Origin: Staphylothermus hellenicus DSM 12710
Lineage (GTDB): Archaea; Thermoproteota; Thermoprotei_A; Sulfolobales; Desulfurococcaceae
Assembly (NCBI RefSeq): GCF_000092465.1
Contig: NC_014205.1
Coordinates: forward strand, 1,230,001 to 1,262,000
DNA: 32,000 nucleotides
Direction of reading: 5' to 3'
Below are positions 1 to 7,145 of the stretch, in pieces. How positions within the stretch are numbered: the stretch's first letter is position 1; each line of letters starts with the position of its first letter. The notes beneath the pieces were generated by a model, which saw nothing but the letters and a program-made list of their open reading frames with translations, was not told the origin of the DNA and ran no database searches. The position numbers and the translations under genes were made by a program.

Positions 1-21
1 AAGTGAAATAGAATATTTGTA

Positions 22-1050
22 TTATATATAGAATTCAGCTTCTCTCAACTTATAGATTAGCTCCTTCTTATCGGGATCTTTCTTAATCTTTACTATGGCC
101 AGATTTGGGTGGCCGGCAATATCTAGTGCTATTCCCTCGCCTATAAGGAACTTTGCAATCCTATATGCTTTACCCCTTGGAGCCTTAATTATTAGTAATG
201 AATAGTTCTTGTTTGTATCAACTAATACTGCAACAGGTGCTTTTAAAATAGACGATATCTTGGATGCTAATGCTGTTCCTCCACGGTGCTTCCACTCGTT
301 ACGTGCATCAATAAATCTCAGCTCCCCAATTTTTACAGCGCTCAAAGCTAGATCAAGTGCTTTCTCCTTTATTTCCCTATCCCTTGTTTCAATTACCTTC
401 TTCACTTTCTTCATAACCTCTTCGTTTAGAGGCATTGGTAGTGGGGATGGCGAGGCAAGCCAATCAACAATTTTAACCCAGAGATTCTCATCTCTTATCG
501 CTGTTAAGGCTTTTGAGAACATTGATGTTATCTGGAACAGTTTTAGATATTTTTGTGGAACTTTTCTACCACTATCCATATACTTGACTACTTCAACAAA
601 CGATTTAAGCCTAAGATGTATTGATATCCCGTTTTCCTCTAATAATTTTTCAACGATTCCCGCAGTAGGCATTTTGTGATCTATTATTAATTCATCAACT
701 ACATCTTTAAGCTTCTCTTCATTTGTTAGAGTGGATAAGTGGTGATCAATATACATTATCTTCTTTACTCCAAAATGTTGCTTAATTATTTTTAGGACAC
801 GTGGCACAGTATCGGTATATGGCAGATCTAAGAGAACTACTAGATCATAGTTTCCTCTGAAACTTCCAATTATGAACTTCAGCTTTTCCGGATCAACGGG
901 TCTCTTATCAATAATAGCTTTTGTTTTCAACGGATACATACCTAGTTTTTCCTGTGAATAAACTATTAATGCTGCAGCAACAACTCCATCAGCATCCCAG
1001 TCTCCGCCAACAAATACTCTAGCAATATTCTTCTTACTTGTCTTCGTCAA
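22..1050 (-). CDS. DHH-family phosphoesterase (small RecJ/NrnA-like paralog)
   Basis: 342-aa ORF. DHH motif I GGDWDADG near the N-terminus, motif III IDHH, and a DHHA1-like IAGHPN near the C-terminus. No OB or other extra domains are evident. Confidence 0.75.
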   Translation of the reverse strand: MTKTSKKNIARVFVGGDWDADGVVAAALIVYSQEKLGMYPLKTKAIIDKRPVDPEKLKFIIGSFRGNYDLVVLLDLPYTDTVPRVLKIIKQHFGVKKIMYIDHHLSTLTNEEKLKDVVDELIIDHKMPTAGIVEKLLEENGISIHLRLKSFVEVVKYMDSGRKVPQKYLKLFQITSMFSKALTAIRDENLWVKIVDWLASPSPLPMPLNEEVMKKVKKVIETRDREIKEKALDLALSAVKIGELRFIDARNEWKHRGGTALASKISSILKAPVAVLVDTNKNYSLLIIKAPRGKAYRIAKFLIGEGIALDIAGHPNLAIVKIKKDPDKKELIYKLREAEFYI

Positions 1051-1094
1051 TGGTGGTCGCCTTCCACTATTATTTATGGCTTGAACTTAGTTCG

Positions 1095-1610
1095 TTATCC
1101 TGTATTTTTTGTATCTATATTTATTTTCCTACTTTTATACTCTTTACCCACATCTATAGATACTTGTCCAATAGTAAATACTGCTATTATTAATAGGAGT
1201 GTTTTAAATAGTGGTGATAGGTCTACATAATAGTAAATATTATATTGTGTAATATAACCGCTAAATTCTCCAAAGTTGAACGACAATAATACAATGTATA
1301 GCATTAATAAACCCAGCATAGTATTGATAGCTCTACCAAAGGGTATATGTCTTACTAGGAAAGCACCCATAATCGATAATACCATGAACATTAACAAGAT
1401 ATTTATGTTAATCAATTTAAAGCTAATAATCGAATTTATATTGAAACCCTTCAATCCACTAGCTCCCATGAAAAACGGTATAACATAATATACTATTATG
1501 CCAAACAAGACAACATAGTATACTGTATAGTATAGTAATCCTTTAACTACACCTATCAGTATAGTTTTTAATATCTCTCTAGATGTTAAAGGTTTTGTAG
1601 TATATGTCAT
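1095..1610 (-). CDS. Integral membrane protein, unknown function
   Basis: 171-aa ORF with at least four long hydrophobic segments. Its start lies 4 nt after the stop of the upstream 256-aa ORF on the same strand, suggesting an operon. Confidence 0.6.
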   Translation of the reverse strand: MTYTTKPLTSREILKTILIGVVKGLLYYTVYYVVLFGIIVYYVIPFFMGASGLKGFNINSIISFKLININILLMFMVLSIMGAFLVRHIPFGRAINTMLGLLMLYIVLLSFNFGEFSGYITQYNIYYYVDLSPLFKTLLLIIAVFTIGQVSIDVGKEYKSRKINIDTKNTG

Positions 1611-1613
1611 ATT

Positions 1614-2384
1614 TTAACCTCCCAACGTAAATAATGCGATTCTATTCCCGTAGACAGAGAACTCAATATATCTAATACTTCCTGGATCAATGCCTGTAAT
1701 ATCTAAGGATACAGTGTATTTATTGTTTGGAGATACATAGAAATCGTCGTAGACCTTACTAGCTAAAACGTTCCCGTCTTGATCCATTAATGCTATTTTG
1801 ACCGGGGCACTTACTATATTACTTGTTGAAGAAACATTGAATACTAGATAATTTCTTCCCCGATATTTTTCAACTTGTATTTTCTCGATCAACAATTTTG
1901 TTTGGCCTAGTAAGGAAGATACGTTAACTGCCTCCTGCACTATTTTTATTTTACCTATACCAGTATCCATTATAACTGATAAATACAGTTTTTCGCCAAG
2001 ATCATGTTTATTTATTGAGAACTTTATAATCAAAACCTTATTAATGAGTGGCTTATTCATTGATTCAATATTTATTTTTCCTACAGTCTTATTTTTCCAT
2101 ATAACTTCATATTCAGGACCCTTAATTGGAGCTGTTTCGTTCCATGTAACATTAACTAAAACTTTTACGGAAACCCTTATTGACTCATTATTTTCTCGAG
2201 TAATATTGATTGATTCAACTCTAAACCCTATTCTAGTAGAAGATACAGCTTCTAGTAATGGTAGTGTATTATTTAAAACAATAGATGCGAGTTGATACAC
2301 GTATAGAGCTCCTAGTATATAAAATACTATTCCAATAATAATCAGTAACGAATATAATGCTCTATTATACAATACATTATTCAC
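1614..2384 (-). CDS. N-terminally anchored, probably extracellular protein, unknown function
   Basis: 256-aa ORF with a single N-terminal hydrophobic helix (LYSLLIIIGIVFYILGALYVY) followed by a beta-rich region. I counted eight N-x-S/T sequons (NNT, NIT, NES, NVT, NET, NKT, NVS x2). Confidence 0.6.
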   Translation of the reverse strand: MNNVLYNRALYSLLIIIGIVFYILGALYVYQLASIVLNNTLPLLEAVSSTRIGFRVESINITRENNESIRVSVKVLVNVTWNETAPIKGPEYEVIWKNKTVGKINIESMNKPLINKVLIIKFSINKHDLGEKLYLSVIMDTGIGKIKIVQEAVNVSSLLGQTKLLIEKIQVEKYRGRNYLVFNVSSTSNIVSAPVKIALMDQDGNVLASKVYDDFYVSPNNKYTVSLDITGIDPGSIRYIEFSVYGNRIALFTLGG

Positions 2385-2445
2385 CTACAGAAAGAATATA
2401 GTTCAAGCTATTTTTAAATCGCGTTATATGTCCCAAATAAATATT

Positions 2446-2450
2446 GGAGG
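2446..2450 (+). promoter_or_regulatory. Shine-Dalgarno-like GGAGG upstream of the NurA-like ORF
   Basis: GGAGG lies 6 nt upstream of the ATG at 2457. Several A/T-rich TATA-like boxes sit in the 72-nt divergent intergenic region 2385-2456. Confidence 0.4.
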
Positions 2451-2456
2451 AGAACT

Positions 2457-3671
2457 ATGGGATTATTATCTGATTTAATCGATAAGATAAGAAGGGTTGC
2501 GGAGAACAATATAGATACGTATGCAAGAGATGATGATAGCAGAATACATAGACTCTACGATTACTTCGAATATGTATCTGAAGATGTTAAAACAACTAGA
2601 AAACCTGAAATAATCATTACTGATCTAGGCGAGGCTTCTCCGAGTAAACGGTTTACAAACATATATGCACTAGATAGTAGCTCGAGAGTTGTTGATACTC
2701 CATATTTATTTATAGCTATCGGCTCTGTATCAGCCATTAATAGGTTCAATGGATTCATAATTGATCATCCAGAGCCTTCCCAATTAATACGGAGTCCTCC
2801 AACGGGTACTGGTAAGTTTTTAGCTATTGTTCCAGAGATCATGTCTGTCATGGACGAGATACGTAGAAGTATAGAAGAAATAGCTTATACATATAATCCT
2901 GCTGGGACACCCTATACTCCAAGCTATAATAAATTCGCAATACTAGATGAGCTTAGAATTAGGCTGGAAAACTATATGTTGAAACAATTATGTTCTAGAA
3001 ACATAGATAATTCAATAGTTTTTCTTGACGGGCCAATATATTATGTTCCACCAAATATTACGGATATCGATAAAAATAGTGTGGAGTACCAATATTTTCT
3101 GGCCTGGAAAATTCTTGTAAAGGAAAGAATAAGGCTTGTCGAAAAAATTATTAGCAAAAACAATGTGGTTATGGGAATTGTTAAGAGATTATATAGGACA
3201 AATCTATTATCAAGAATTGATCCTTTAGAAATAGCTGGGAATGCCCGAATAAATGATGAAGCATATCTATCGCTGGCAGTTAATAATGTTGTAAAGAATA
3301 ATGCAAAATTATTTGTTCTCGGGCCAATCAAGTATTCTTTCTACAATGCTCGTTTAAACTTGGTTTTTCCAGTTAAGAAAATATATTATCTCGGGATACC
3401 TAAGAGAACAATTTATGGATATAGTGGATTCAGAGAATATGCTTTTTACAGATTCGAGATCTTGAATAGTTCTGAGAGGATCCTGGCTGATAATAATATT
3501 TCTCCCCTAGACCCTGTTCTCTACGATAGTGTTGTTGCTGGAAGTATATTGCCTCTGAGCATATTAATTGTTGATCAAAGAGTTAAAAAGATCACATCAG
3601 CAATAGCTAATAATCTAATACGCGAGATTTCTCAAAGCGGCGAAACAACATTAAGGTATATTTCAATATAG
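2457..3671 (+). CDS. NurA-like nuclease (divergent)
   Basis: 404-aa ORF immediately upstream of a HerA-like ATPase. NurA-type acidic motifs are present: YALDSSSRV (first Asp motif), VFLDGPIYY (second Asp motif), GIVKRLYRT (GxxK strand) and a C-terminal ILIVDQRV. Assignment rests on motif pattern plus gene context. Confidence 0.6.
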   Translation: MGLLSDLIDKIRRVAENNIDTYARDDDSRIHRLYDYFEYVSEDVKTTRKPEIIITDLGEASPSKRFTNIYALDSSSRVVDTPYLFIAIGSVSAINRFNGFIIDHPEPSQLIRSPPTGTGKFLAIVPEIMSVMDEIRRSIEEIAYTYNPAGTPYTPSYNKFAILDELRIRLENYMLKQLCSRNIDNSIVFLDGPIYYVPPNITDIDKNSVEYQYFLAWKILVKERIRLVEKIISKNNVVMGIVKRLYRTNLLSRIDPLEIAGNARINDEAYLSLAVNNVVKNNAKLFVLGPIKYSFYNARLNLVFPVKKIYYLGIPKRTIYGYSGFREYAFYRFEILNSSERILADNNISPLDPVLYDSVVAGSILPLSILIVDQRVKKITSAIANNLIREISQSGETTLRYISI

Positions 3672-3684
3672 AAATAGACGTGCA

Positions 3685-5736
3685 GTGGTGCAGGTTATGG
3701 ATGAAATAGTAGCTAAGCTCGAGAAAAAGTTTAAGAAAGCTGTTGAAACAGCTGAGAAATACGGAGATATAATTGGATGGGTATCACGAACAAGTCCTTC
3801 AAGCATAACTGAGGAAGGAGGAATAGTAATTTTCGACGTCGACCCCGCTACTTACTTTAATAATTTCATAGATATAGCTTCTGCCGGTAGCTATTTAGCA
3901 GTAGTAGATATTAAAACAGGACACATCATAAGTATGAAGGTCTTAGGTGTTGAGAGACGTGATATTCTAGCAGAGCTTGATCTGCCTGACATGTATATTT
4001 CCTTGCCTGGAAGAGAGGTTTCAGGACTACTAACTAGGACAAGGGTTAAAGCAAAACCCTTACTAGAATATGATCCGGAAACAGGTAATGTTAGCATAGC
4101 TAACTACGTTATCGAGCCGCAATCCCCCGTAATAAAGCCTAGAAACCCTATAGTAATACAGAAAATACTGGGATTACCCACTGAAGGGGTTTTCATTGGA
4201 TATGTAACCATAGGCGATAAGCCAGTATTTGATATTGGTGCTCCACTCTATCTTCCACTAAAAACATTTTATCAACACGTACTTGTACTGGGAACAACTG
4301 GTTCGGGAAAAACAACATTACTTAAAAACATGGTAGCTTCACTGTATTCAAGATACAATATAAGAAGTGAATTAGGTGCAACAATGATAATAATGGATCC
4401 AAACAGGGATTATACGACACTTCCACTAAAACCTAGATGGGAGTTCAGCGAAGGCATAGATAAGGAGCTAGAACAGAAAATGCTGGAAAAAACAAGGGAT
4501 AAAATAAATAGGCCGAAAGGATTAGTGATTATTCTCCCAATAACTCGTTATGTAATTGAACGTATAGGCGGAGAGTATAATTGGGCAAAAACACTCAAGT
4601 TCATTGCAGAAGACTATGTTAGATCAACATATGAATCCATAGCATTAAGAATGGGGTGGAGTCTTTCTATTGATAAGTTAAGCGTTATAGAAGAACCTGG
4701 AAATCCACCACTTAGATTCGTCAAGTTAACAATTAAAGTGAACTATGGAGATGACATAGATGAATTTACATTGTTTATAATACCCTATGGTTTCAGGTTT
4801 AAAGATATAGCATCAAAAGAATTCATATCCCTAAACCCCTATTTTACACGTCAAGCAAAGGATGGTTTATTTAGGTTAATGAACTATTTAAAAGCAAAAA
4901 ACGCAGTTGTTGAAACAATTTATGATTTCTACGAATCTCTAAGAGAAGCGAGGATCAGATACCACGAGAAGCCTGGAACTAGACATGGAATAATAACTGA
5001 TCCAAACCGCGAATACATTATTGATCTAATAAAAGAACTAGCTATTCATAAATCAACACTGGAAAACATGATTAGACAAATAGGATCACTAATCGACACA
5101 GGTTTATTCGATATCGAGGTTAAACAAGGAAAAGGCGAAGATAAATACTTGCATGAACCGCTAATTGAGACAATACTTGAAAAACACTATGAAATATTTG
5201 AAGGATACCCTATAATTATTGATCTAGAATATCTACAGGAAAATAGCATTGCTGATCCCGAAAAAATAATTAGCATAGTCGCCTTTAGAATCCTGAACAG
5301 AGTGTTCTCATGGAAAATTTCGCGAACAAGACAAAGGATCTATACTCAACCAGTAATAATACTAATTGATGAAGCCCATAGATTCTTTCCAAGTAAGGGA
5401 GGGGGACGCGAAGAATACATTGAGCATGTGTCGAGTATGATTGATAGAATAGCTAGGCTTGGAAGAGCTCGTAGACTAGGATTGGTGTTCTCAACACATT
5501 CACCAAAAGATGTGCATGACATAATTCTCCAACTAGCTAATACTAAAATAGTTTTAAGAATGGATAAAAGCCAATTATCCAGCCTCGATATACCAAGCGA
5601 ATATAGAGACCTGATTATTAGAGCTAGTGATAGAGTAGGCATTGTTAAGAGCCATATATTGAGAATGAGCTATATATCATTTCGAACACCATTACCGCTG
5701 ACAGGACATTATGATTTATCAGCAATTAATATCTAG
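3685..5736 (+). CDS. HerA-like (FtsK/HerA superfamily, DUF87-type) ATPase with enlarged inter-motif region
   Basis: 683-aa ORF starting at GTG 3685, or alternatively ATG 3697. The N-terminal region looks HAS-barrel-like. Walker A is GTTGSGKTT (nt 4291-4317) and Walker B is VIILIDEAHRF (DEAH about nt 5368-5379). The C-terminal part, RLGRARRLGLVFSTHSPKDV...IVLRM, is typical of HerA. Confidence 0.8.
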   Translation: MVQVMDEIVAKLEKKFKKAVETAEKYGDIIGWVSRTSPSSITEEGGIVIFDVDPATYFNNFIDIASAGSYLAVVDIKTGHIISMKVLGVERRDILAELDLPDMYISLPGREVSGLLTRTRVKAKPLLEYDPETGNVSIANYVIEPQSPVIKPRNPIVIQKILGLPTEGVFIGYVTIGDKPVFDIGAPLYLPLKTFYQHVLVLGTTGSGKTTLLKNMVASLYSRYNIRSELGATMIIMDPNRDYTTLPLKPRWEFSEGIDKELEQKMLEKTRDKINRPKGLVIILPITRYVIERIGGEYNWAKTLKFIAEDYVRSTYESIALRMGWSLSIDKLSVIEEPGNPPLRFVKLTIKVNYGDDIDEFTLFIIPYGFRFKDIASKEFISLNPYFTRQAKDGLFRLMNYLKAKNAVVETIYDFYESLREARIRYHEKPGTRHGIITDPNREYIIDLIKELAIHKSTLENMIRQIGSLIDTGLFDIEVKQGKGEDKYLHEPLIETILEKHYEIFEGYPIIIDLEYLQENSIADPEKIISIVAFRILNRVFSWKISRTRQRIYTQPVIILIDEAHRFFPSKGGGREEYIEHVSSMIDRIARLGRARRLGLVFSTHSPKDVHDIILQLANTKIVLRMDKSQLSSLDIPSEYRDLIIRASDRVGIVKSHILRMSYISFRTPLPLTGHYDLSAINI

Positions 5737-5761
5737 TACCGCACAGAATAGATCACTAAGA

Positions 5762-6337
5762 TTATCTTGTTTCCTTAAATACATGTATAATTCTCTGTAA
5801 TACTGTTAGAATAGATAAAGCTAATAATGTATAGAATAAAAACAAGCCTATATTGAAAAATCCTAGATAAACAAATAATGCAGTTAAAAAGATAAATAAC
5901 AACCTCTCTCCTCTCTCAATAATCCCTACACCCTCCATCTTAATATTCAACGATTCAGCTTTGGCTCTCGTATAGCTTATAATGAAAGAAAATATTAGAA
6001 GAACAAAAACATCTAAGACTCTGAAACCCATGTATATTAGTGAGATAATAAATAAAGCATCCGAAAACCTATCAAGTGTTGAATCAAGAAATCCTCCGAA
6101 ACACGTTACATTTCCAGAGGCTCTAGCTACAGCGCCATCCAATACATCCATAAGCCCTGATAAAATAATAAATAGTATAAACCATGAAATATTCGAGAAA
6201 TAAGCTGAAACAAATGATAAGAAAGCAAATACTAGAGATAAACCTGTAATATGGTTTGGCTTAATACCAATACAAGCAATCTTGAAACCTATTTTTTCCA
6301 AGTATACTTTAACATAGCTCCTCAGCTTTGTCAACAT
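5762..6337 (-). CDS. CDP-alcohol phosphatidyltransferase (archaeal polar-lipid head-group synthase family)
   Basis: 191-aa polytopic ORF carrying the family signature D-x2-DG-x2-AR...G-x3-D-x3-D, here DVLDGAVARASGNVTCFGGFLDSTLDRFSD. Confidence 0.85.
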   Translation of the reverse strand: MLTKLRSYVKVYLEKIGFKIACIGIKPNHITGLSLVFAFLSFVSAYFSNISWFILFIILSGLMDVLDGAVARASGNVTCFGGFLDSTLDRFSDALFIISLIYMGFRVLDVFVLLIFSFIISYTRAKAESLNIKMEGVGIIERGERLLFIFLTALFVYLGFFNIGLFLFYTLLALSILTVLQRIIHVFKETR

Positions 6338-6729
6338 AATTGTTCAACCACATATTTCATTACATACCTTCTTCATTTCTAAAGCATCAATTCCAAGTAG
6401 GGTATTTTTAGATATTACTATAAAATTAATACCTAACCCATTCTATTCCTAAAAATCAACAAATTGTTCCAAATTATCAATAACTTTTTTCTTAATGCTT
6501 CGCTTCTACTATATCCTCCATAATATCCTGGGTGAAAAACAACAATGTATGCATTCATCCATGAAGCTGCTTCAATACTTCTAATTATCCTAGATATACT
6601 GGCTTCTACGACTTTATCCTTAGAGCAGGCAAGATTTATGAAGCAAGGTGCATGAATACTTAGCAAAATATTGTTCTTCAGTGCTTCTCCAAGCTTATAT
6701 GCTTTATCCCTAGTGATTCTTACCGTTCT

Positions 6730-6900
6730 GGTTAGCCGTAGCAAAAGCAACGAATGCAACAAATGCTACGGCTAGCCTTCCCCTCTCCCATCTTCATTGA
6801 GGGGCTTTCGGGGGGAACGGATGCTCCCCACATCTTCGGATACTTCTAAACCCGCGCCCATTCGGGCTTAGCCTAACCCCACATATCGGGCGCAGGATCC
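6730..6900. ncRNA. GC-rich multi-hairpin element of unknown class (candidate stable RNA or MITE/PATE-like insert) inside the pseudogene
   Basis: Hand count gives 77/130 G+C (59%) for 6771-6900 in an otherwise AT-rich window. There are four consecutive hairpins: 6730-6743/6764-6777 (14 bp), 6780-6785/6799-6804 (6 bp), 6811-6815/6825-6829 (5 bp) and 6851-6859/6888-6896 (9 bp with one mismatch). No reading frame is open through it. The strand is unresolved. Confidence 0.35.
6743..6751. repeat. 9-bp direct repeat AAAAGCAAC, copy 1 (candidate target-site duplication)
   Basis: Exact 9-mer, also present at 6979-6987. It lies at the left edge of the insert that separates pseudogene fragments (a) and (b). 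Confidence 0.5.
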
Positions 6901-6978
6901 AAATCCTCATCATCAAACAGAATATCTAGATAAACACATATATAAACCCTCACCAAAGCACCAACATATAAACATTAA

Positions 6979-6987
6979 AAAAGCAAC
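6979..6987. repeat. 9-bp direct repeat AAAAGCAAC, copy 2 (candidate target-site duplication)
   Basis: Exact 9-mer, also present at 6743-6751. Both copies sit in the same codon phase of the two pseudogene fragments. Confidence 0.5.
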
Positions 6988-7145
6988 ACTATATGTTTCT
7001 GCCTCATAGCGTTTAAGCCTATCTCCTTTAGAAATCGTGGCGCATCTTCTATTTTTTGTTTTTTCATAGATAAAGGTTTACCTGCGGGTCCTATACGAAT
7101 AGGGAGCATTTATGAAGCCCTCTTCCTCTTCTATATTGTTTCATC

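Larger units (their letters stand above)
6344..7109 (-). pseudogene. Decayed endonuclease IV-like (AP endonuclease family 2 / xylose-isomerase-like TIM barrel) gene
   Basis: Three fragments on the minus strand. (a) 7109..6975: MLPIRIGPAGKPLSMKKQKIEDAPRFLKEIGLNAMRQKHIVLLF, then a stop. (b) 6762..6433: ...RTVRITRDKAYKLGEALKNNILLSIHAPCFINLACSKDKVVEAS...AYIVVFHPGYYGG..., then a stop. (c) A shifted frame, 6442..6344: NGLGINFIVISKNTLLGIDALEMKKVCNEICG, then a stop. The HAPxxINL and VFHPG motifs are typical of the family. The C-terminal part that follows the ..E(L/I)xG segment in the homologs I recall is absent, and the remnant abuts the start of the gene at 6337. Confidence 0.7.

Noticed and set aside
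2528-2581. GAUGAUGA ... CUGA pair inside the NurA-like coding region as a C/D sRNA.
   Set aside because: It lies within a well-supported CDS, is AT-rich, and has no terminal complementary clamp. This is probably a chance occurrence.
6730-6777. The 14-bp hairpin AGCCGUAGCA...UGCUACGGCU as group II intron domain V.
   Set aside because: The resemblance is limited to the AGCCGUA/UACGGCU strings. The hairpin has no 2-nt bulge and carries a 20-nt loop instead of a GNRA tetraloop. No other intron domains or a reverse transcriptase ORF are nearby.
6763-6849. 28-aa plus-strand ORF (MLRLAFPSPIFIEGLSGGTDAPHIFGYF) inside the GC-rich island.
   Set aside because: It is very short, has no SD or start context, and coincides with hairpin-forming sequence. 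It is more likely a chance ORF in structured non-coding DNA.
6730-6900. GC-rich island as a tRNA (intron-containing or split half), 5S rRNA, SRP RNA or RNase P RNA.
   Set aside because: Neither strand has a T-arm, D-arm or acceptor pairing. There is no end-to-end helix I or loop motifs of 5S rRNA. The island is too short (~170 nt) for SRP or type-A RNase P RNA, and it lacks the GAGGAAAGUCC-type conserved region. The partial resemblance of CGGGCUUAGCC to an RNase P CR-V-like string is isolated.
6860-6917. Minus-strand UGAUGAUGA (6915-6907) as box C of a canonical C/D sRNA.
   Set aside because: No CUGA box D, only CCGA variants, lies at a compatible distance, and there is no terminal clamp. 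I keep it only as a possible K-turn-like 5' feature of a longer unknown RNA.
6733-6992. Insert in the nfo-like gene as an archaeal bulge-helix-bulge mRNA intron.
   Set aside because: The only strong helix near a junction pairs insert sequence with downstream exon-like sequence, not in a BHB geometry of two 3-nt bulges around a 4-bp helix. The gene also carries an independent frameshift and a C-terminal deletion, so it is a pseudogene regardless.
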